Assembly (NCBI GenBank): GCA_963740085.1
Contig: CAVUCU010000001.1
Coordinates: 960,001 to 1,024,000, forward strand
Length of the DNA: 64,000 nt
Direction of reading: 5' to 3'
Origin: Nitrospirota bacterium
Lineage (GTDB): Bacteria > Nitrospirota > UBA9217
Position 1 is the first letter of the stretch; each line of letters begins with the position of its first letter. A program made the translations under genes and the position numbers. Under the pieces are notes generated by a model, which saw only the letters and a program-made list of their open reading frames with translations, was not told the origin of the DNA and did no database searches. Of this stretch, positions 59,598 to 64,000 are shown piece by piece.

Positions 59598-59896
59598 AGT
59601 GTCCCCCTTTTTTGTATGTCTCTCAGAAAAAATACGTTTATTGTTCCGCTGGTATTTTGAATAAGATACGGCCGAGGCGCAAAACAGGGCCACTCTAGCA
59701 AAAAAAAAAGAAATATCAAACCTGAATTCATATAAATTAATTAATGAGCCTATAAATATCATTTATCAAATTATGGTCCTCTTTGGTAAAAGCAACGCAC
59801 ACTTTCGGAGATCGACTTGGCTGGCTGCTCAAGATAGCAAACTTTTCCCCTGGGTCACGTCTGAGTCGGCCATCGAAATTCATAAAAGTTTTTCTA

Positions 59897-59925
59897 TTGA
59901 CAATAAACCTCAATTTCACTATGAT
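59897..59925 (+). promoter_or_regulatory. sigma-70 promoter of fchA-folD
   Basis: TTGACA-N17-TATGAT. Confidence 0.65.
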
Positions 59926-59975
59926 TTCATATTTTAAACCCCACAACGATTGAAGCAGAAAGGAGGACATTCCCC

Positions 59976-60602
59976 ATGTACCTTGATCTACCACTTCGCC
60001 ACTTTATGGATAAGCTGGCCAGTAAATCTCCCGAGCCGGGAGGCGGCAGCGTCGCAGCCCTTACCGGTTCGCTCGGAGCAGCGCTCGTGAGCATGGTATC
60101 AAATCTCACTCTTGGGAAGGAAAAATACAAGGATGTTCAGCCGCAGATCGAACAGCTGCTGAGGGAATCGGAAAAACTGCGCTCGGAAATGCAGGACCTG
60201 ATCCAGAAAGACACCGAGGCTTACGGAGCTTTATCGGGTGTATATAAGATGCCGAAGAACACCGATGAAGAAAAGGCCGCCCGCACCGTAAAGATGCAGG
60301 AAGCGCTCAAGACCGCGTGCAAGGTCCCGTTCGAGATCGGGCTCAAGTCACTCGAGGTGGCGAAACTTGCGCAGCGGGCGGCTGATATCGGGAATGTCGG
60401 CGCGGTGAGCGATGCCGGTGTTGCCGTGCTTCTCGCACAGGCCTGCGCGCAGAGCGCGGCACTGAACGTCAAGATCAACGTCAACAGCATCAAAGACGAG
60501 GCATACAACAAAGAGACCTGGACACGCATGCAGGATGTGCTCAAGCAGGTGGCGGCCCTTGAAAAGACCGTGATGGAAACGACATATAAGAAGATGGGAT
60601 AA
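59976..60602 (+). CDS. fchA: cyclodeaminase/cyclohydrolase (FTCD C-terminal, FchA type)
   Basis: ASKSPEPGGGSVAA, MVSNLT, D.EAY, GN..AVSD, LNVKIN. Confidence 0.85.
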   Translation: MYLDLPLRHFMDKLASKSPEPGGGSVAALTGSLGAALVSMVSNLTLGKEKYKDVQPQIEQLLRESEKLRSEMQDLIQKDTEAYGALSGVYKMPKNTDEEKAARTVKMQEALKTACKVPFEIGLKSLEVAKLAQRAADIGNVGAVSDAGVAVLLAQACAQSAALNVKINVNSIKDEAYNKETWTRMQDVLKQVAALEKTVMETTYKKMG

Positions 60603-60655
60603 GAGAGACAAACACCAATAATCAATTTTAACGTATGAATATTGAGATCGAGCAC

Positions 60656-60720
60656 TTGGATATTATTTGTGATTTGTGATTTTGTGATTTGTGATTTGTG
60701 ATTTGTGATTTTGAATTTGA
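60656..60720. repeat. ATTTGTG heptamer tandem array (right arm of a periodic element)
   Basis: ATTTGTG ATTTGTG ATTTTGTG ATTTGTG ATTTGTG ATTTGTG ATTTTGA. Confidence 0.8.
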
Positions 60721-60737
60721 TCAGCAAGGAGAACATT

Positions 60738-61589
60738 ATGCCTGCAAAATTGTTAACAGGGAAAGAAGTGGCACAGAAAATGGATCTGGACATCCAGAAG
60801 GACGTTCAGGAGCTCAAGGCAAAAGGCGTGAACCCTGCGCTTCGGATCATGATCGTGGGCGAGGCGGAGGATTCGGTCTTTTACGCCAACAGCGCGAAAA
60901 AGATGGCTGAAAAGAACGGCATTGCCTGCCAGATCGAGCAGTTGTCCGGCACGATGAGCCAGGACGAGTTCGTGAATATCCTGAAACAACGGAACGCGGA
61001 CAAGACCATTCACGGGATCATCGTAATGCGTCCGTTCCCGAAGCAGATCAGGGAAGACGTCGTAAAGCACATTCTAGCGCCGGAGAAGGATATCGACTGC
61101 TTCAATCCCGTGAACGCGGGCAAGATCATGGCCGGAGACATGACGGGTTTCCCGCCTGCCACGCCGCAGGCCGTGATGGAGATCCTCCGCTTTTATCAGG
61201 TCCCGATGAGCGGCAAGGAGGCCGTGGTCATCGGCCGCTCCATGGTGGTCGGAAAACCCATGGCCATGCTTCTTTTGGGAGAGAACGCGACCGTCACGGT
61301 CTGCCACTCCAGGACGCAGGACCTTCCGGGTGTATGCAGACGCGCCGATATCCTGATTGCGGCGATCGGCAAAGCGAAGATGATCTCCACGAACTACATC
61401 AAGCCGGGAGCCACGGTTATGGACGTGGGTATAAACCCGGAGGGTGACAAGTTTGTGGGTGATGTGGACACCGAACCGGCAAAAGACGTTGCCGGAGCAA
61501 TCACCCCTGTTCCCGGGGGGGTCGGCACCGTGACCACCCGTGTACTGCTCAAGCATGTCGTCAAGGCGGCGAAACTACAGAATCCGTAA
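60738..61589 (+). CDS. folD: methylene-THF dehydrogenase (FolD family)
   Basis: KDIDC, PATP, GRSMVVGKP, CHSRT, DVGIN, TPVPGGVG. Confidence 0.93.
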   Translation: MPAKLLTGKEVAQKMDLDIQKDVQELKAKGVNPALRIMIVGEAEDSVFYANSAKKMAEKNGIACQIEQLSGTMSQDEFVNILKQRNADKTIHGIIVMRPFPKQIREDVVKHILAPEKDIDCFNPVNAGKIMAGDMTGFPPATPQAVMEILRFYQVPMSGKEAVVIGRSMVVGKPMAMLLLGENATVTVCHSRTQDLPGVCRRADILIAAIGKAKMISTNYIKPGATVMDVGINPEGDKFVGDVDTEPAKDVAGAITPVPGGVGTVTTRVLLKHVVKAAKLQNP

Positions 61590-61634
61590 CATTGGGTCAA
61601 GTTGCGGTGTTTCCGCAAAACTTAATCGGATCGA

Positions 61635-61672
61635 CAAAAAAAACAAGCAGGTCGAAAAACGGCCTGCTTGTT
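61635..61672. terminator. terminator between convergent genes
   Basis: AAAAAAACAAGCAGGTCG-AAAAA-CGGCCTGCTTGTT. Confidence 0.7.
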
Positions 61673-61723
61673 GATAAATTGATACTTTTCCTGTAAGCAG
61701 ATTAGATGTCTTACCGCAGCGCC

Positions 61724-62083
61724 CTAGTTGGTATCATACACAACAGGACCTTCTTTAAAAATCGTAATCCCGTTATGCAACTCCACAGCCGGGCCTTCCA
61801 TTCTCAATCCTCCTGCTGCCGACCCGATCTCACTTAATTCTGGCGCAACTCCAAAAGCCGGTTCTGAATCAAATGCTACGGGACCAACGGCAAAGACCGT
61901 GATGCCGTTATCCAAATCAGCATAGATTTCTGCCGGATTCCCGCTTGTCCTATCATAGGTGTCCGCGCCGCTGGTAAATGCGGTAATTCCATTGTTTATT
62001 TCGCCCTTCATTTCCATCGCGTAAGCTGATCCCCAGGCAAGAACAAATGCCATTGTCGTTAATATCAATGCAATCTTTTTCAT
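61724..62083 (-). CDS. small secreted protein with three NGIT-x-F repeats
   Basis: AGGAG RBS, signal peptide (SAYA), three similar 17-aa motifs. Confidence 0.7.
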   Translation of the reverse strand: MKKIALILTTMAFVLAWGSAYAMEMKGEINNGITAFTSGADTYDRTSGNPAEIYADLDNGITVFAVGPVAFDSEPAFGVAPELSEIGSAAGGLRMEGPAVELHNGITIFKEGPVVYDTN

Positions 62084-62132
62084 GGAAGTATCTCCTTTCA
62101 TCAAATTCTTTTCATAGAGTCATCTTAATGAA

Positions 62133-62160
62133 AGTATATCACTCTTCCGGTTATTGTCAA
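62133..62160 (-). promoter_or_regulatory. sigma-70 promoter
   Basis: TTGACA-N16-TATACT upstream of the NGIT-repeat gene. Confidence 0.55.
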
Positions 62161-62309
62161 GGAGTTGCGCAACTAGTGATAATTGCGTGATTTTTGGTTT
62201 CGGGGCAGTTCCGGACTGCGGAAAGAACAACGGAAAAAAATGGGCGGATTGAAGTCAGGTACTACCCAGGCAGGCAAATGGGCGATCACGCGTTCCCCGC
62301 GTTTGAGAC

Positions 62310-62350
62310 AAAAAACACCCCGGAGGTTTGTCCCCCCGGGGTGTTTGTTT
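62310..62350 (-). terminator. intrinsic terminator
   Basis: AAACACCCCGG...CCGGGGTGTTT hairpin with T run on the minus strand, downstream of the porin. Confidence 0.75.
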
Positions 62351-62386
62351 CGCTTACGTAATGTGCACCAGAGCGGTGCGTATGCC

Positions 62387-63698
62387 TTAGAACTTGTAGG
62401 TTAAGTAACCCTGGATACCGGTTGCGGCATCATCGGCTGTCTTTTCGACCGTCGCGGTCGACAGCAACTTCTTGTAGGCATCACCTGGCTTGAAGTAGGC
62501 GAGCTGCCAATTCCAGGTCAGGTTGTCATAAAGCTTCCAGTTCACATGAGCATCGACTTCCGTTCCGATTGCGCTGGAAGTCGACCCGTCAAAGGCGCTC
62601 GTGATCTTCTCAGTGGCCTGCAGGTACCATACATCAAGACCGATATTGAGGCTCTTGACAACATCCGCAGCAACGCCTGCGCTGATTGCCGTCGTATTGG
62701 AAAAACCGGTGTTTTTAGCGCCTGCGGCGGTCACCATCTTATATTCATACAGATAGGTGTAATGCGTGTCAATGTCCTGGAAGGTGATATAATTGTTTGA
62801 TATCAGTGTCGCCACTCTTTGCACCGGACCCGCGGGCAGCCGTAAAGTTGATGGTAATCGGCTCCAGCGCCACATTGCCCTGGATCACGACCTGGTTGCC
62901 CTTGAACTTGGGTTCAGCTACGCCGCCATTCTTAACCTTACCTGTCTGCGCATCAACCTCAGCCTCAAGGTTCACCGGGCCCAATTTGCCTTTATAATTC
63001 AATCCGATATTGAACAGTTGCGCGCCCGCGAGGCTTCCAAACCCAGCCGCAGAACCACGAACATTCACTTCGGCAACATTAATACCGACCAAATTGTTTT
63101 CATCGAGCTTAAACACGTCGAGTAAGGCATAGGCATCGACATCATCGCTGGCTACGCTGGCGTTGCCTTCAGCGACCTTGATGTCGACCAAGGCGAAGGT
63201 ATTGGGGCCGGTCACGTTCGCGACCACCCATGCATCGGAACCGAAGTACATCGAGCGGAGGAACCACTTGTTGCCGAGCGACAGGAGCTGATGACCTGCC
63301 GTCACGTTCAGCGGAAGGCCGGGAAGATTGAAGTTTATCCAAGCTTCGCGGACCTTGAGGAATGGGTTCTGTTCTGCATTACCACCACTGGTACCTCCTC
63401 CTGTTGCAGCTGACCCGCCGTTGGCCTGATAGTTTTCAAACCTGCCGAATGAGTCCCAGTAGTTTTCGATCGAGAGTTTTCCCCTTAGATCATCGCTGGC
63501 TTTTGCGTTTACTTCAAGCCTTATCTTCTCCTGGGTATCAACGGTCTTGCCGGATTGATCATTCTTGTCAATAGACAGGTTGTCGAAATTGCGGCTCCGT
63601 ACACTCATCATACCGCTCACGCTGATGTCTGTGGCAAAAGCCATCGAACTGATGGCGACCATTGCCAGTACTACCAGTAATACGAGAATCTTCTTCAT
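62387..63698 (-). CDS. outer-membrane porin-like beta-barrel, +1 frameshift near 62791
   Basis: Signal peptide (AFA), VREAW, GHQ..LG; shifted frame continues YITFQDID...IGTEVD...YLTYKF with a C-terminal Phe; span is 3n+1. Confidence 0.8.
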
Positions 63699-64000
63699 CG
63701 TTATCCTCCCTTAATAATTGATTTTGCTCCGGTCTGTGCCGGAATGATAATGGAATCCTCTAAAATATGCAAAGGTATAAACACTGCGAGACACGATGCT
63801 ACTTGATGCGGGAAGCAATTTATTCTGAGATCATCCCTCCCTTCGTCTGAACTATTACTGTTGATTAACCAAAGCAGCAACGACTAAAGTCTGTAACTCG
63901 AACTGATGTTGATTATTCTATAGAAGTGGGACTTTGTTTAAATGATCCCGTAAGCATGATGCTGGCACACCCGGCACAGAGGGCATCCGGAAGACCGGGG

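Noticed and set aside
59826-59880. Second GEMM-like riboswitch (AGCAAAC motif)
   Set aside because: No GNRA-capped P2 or P3, and it lies upstream of the predicted fchA promoter

Overview
A bacterial chromosomal window, mostly GC-rich, from an anaerobe or microaerophile. Gene content and style suggest Nitrospirota or Desulfobacterota, but the taxon is an inference. The centrepiece is an 18.6-kb minus-strand complex I operon (nuoA-D ... nuoE-N). It is split between nuoD and nuoE by a five-gene DRTGG / CBS-Ser kinase / DRTGG / PHP / HATPase cassette, and its NADH module (NuoE, an extra [2Fe-2S] ferredoxin, a 597-aa HydB/BfuB-type NuoF, an FDH-like NuoG) carries the motifs of flavin-based electron-bifurcating HydABC enzymes. 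Other content: tol-pal genes, class II RNR, a cooS-cooF-flavoprotein CO dehydrogenase cluster, shikimate and futalosine genes, fchA-folD, a MurU-AmgK fusion, namZ, and two outer-membrane barrels. An accessory stretch (38-43.7 kb) holds a 7-repeat beta-propeller lipoprotein behind a variant GEMM-I-like riboswitch, two attC-like sites flanking rsgA, and a candidate ~85-nt sRNA. Many intergenic gaps hold short-period (7- or 9-nt) inverted-repeat elements. Four genes carry single-base frameshifts, probably sequencing errors. No rRNA, tRNA, CRISPR array, integrase or transposase was recognised.
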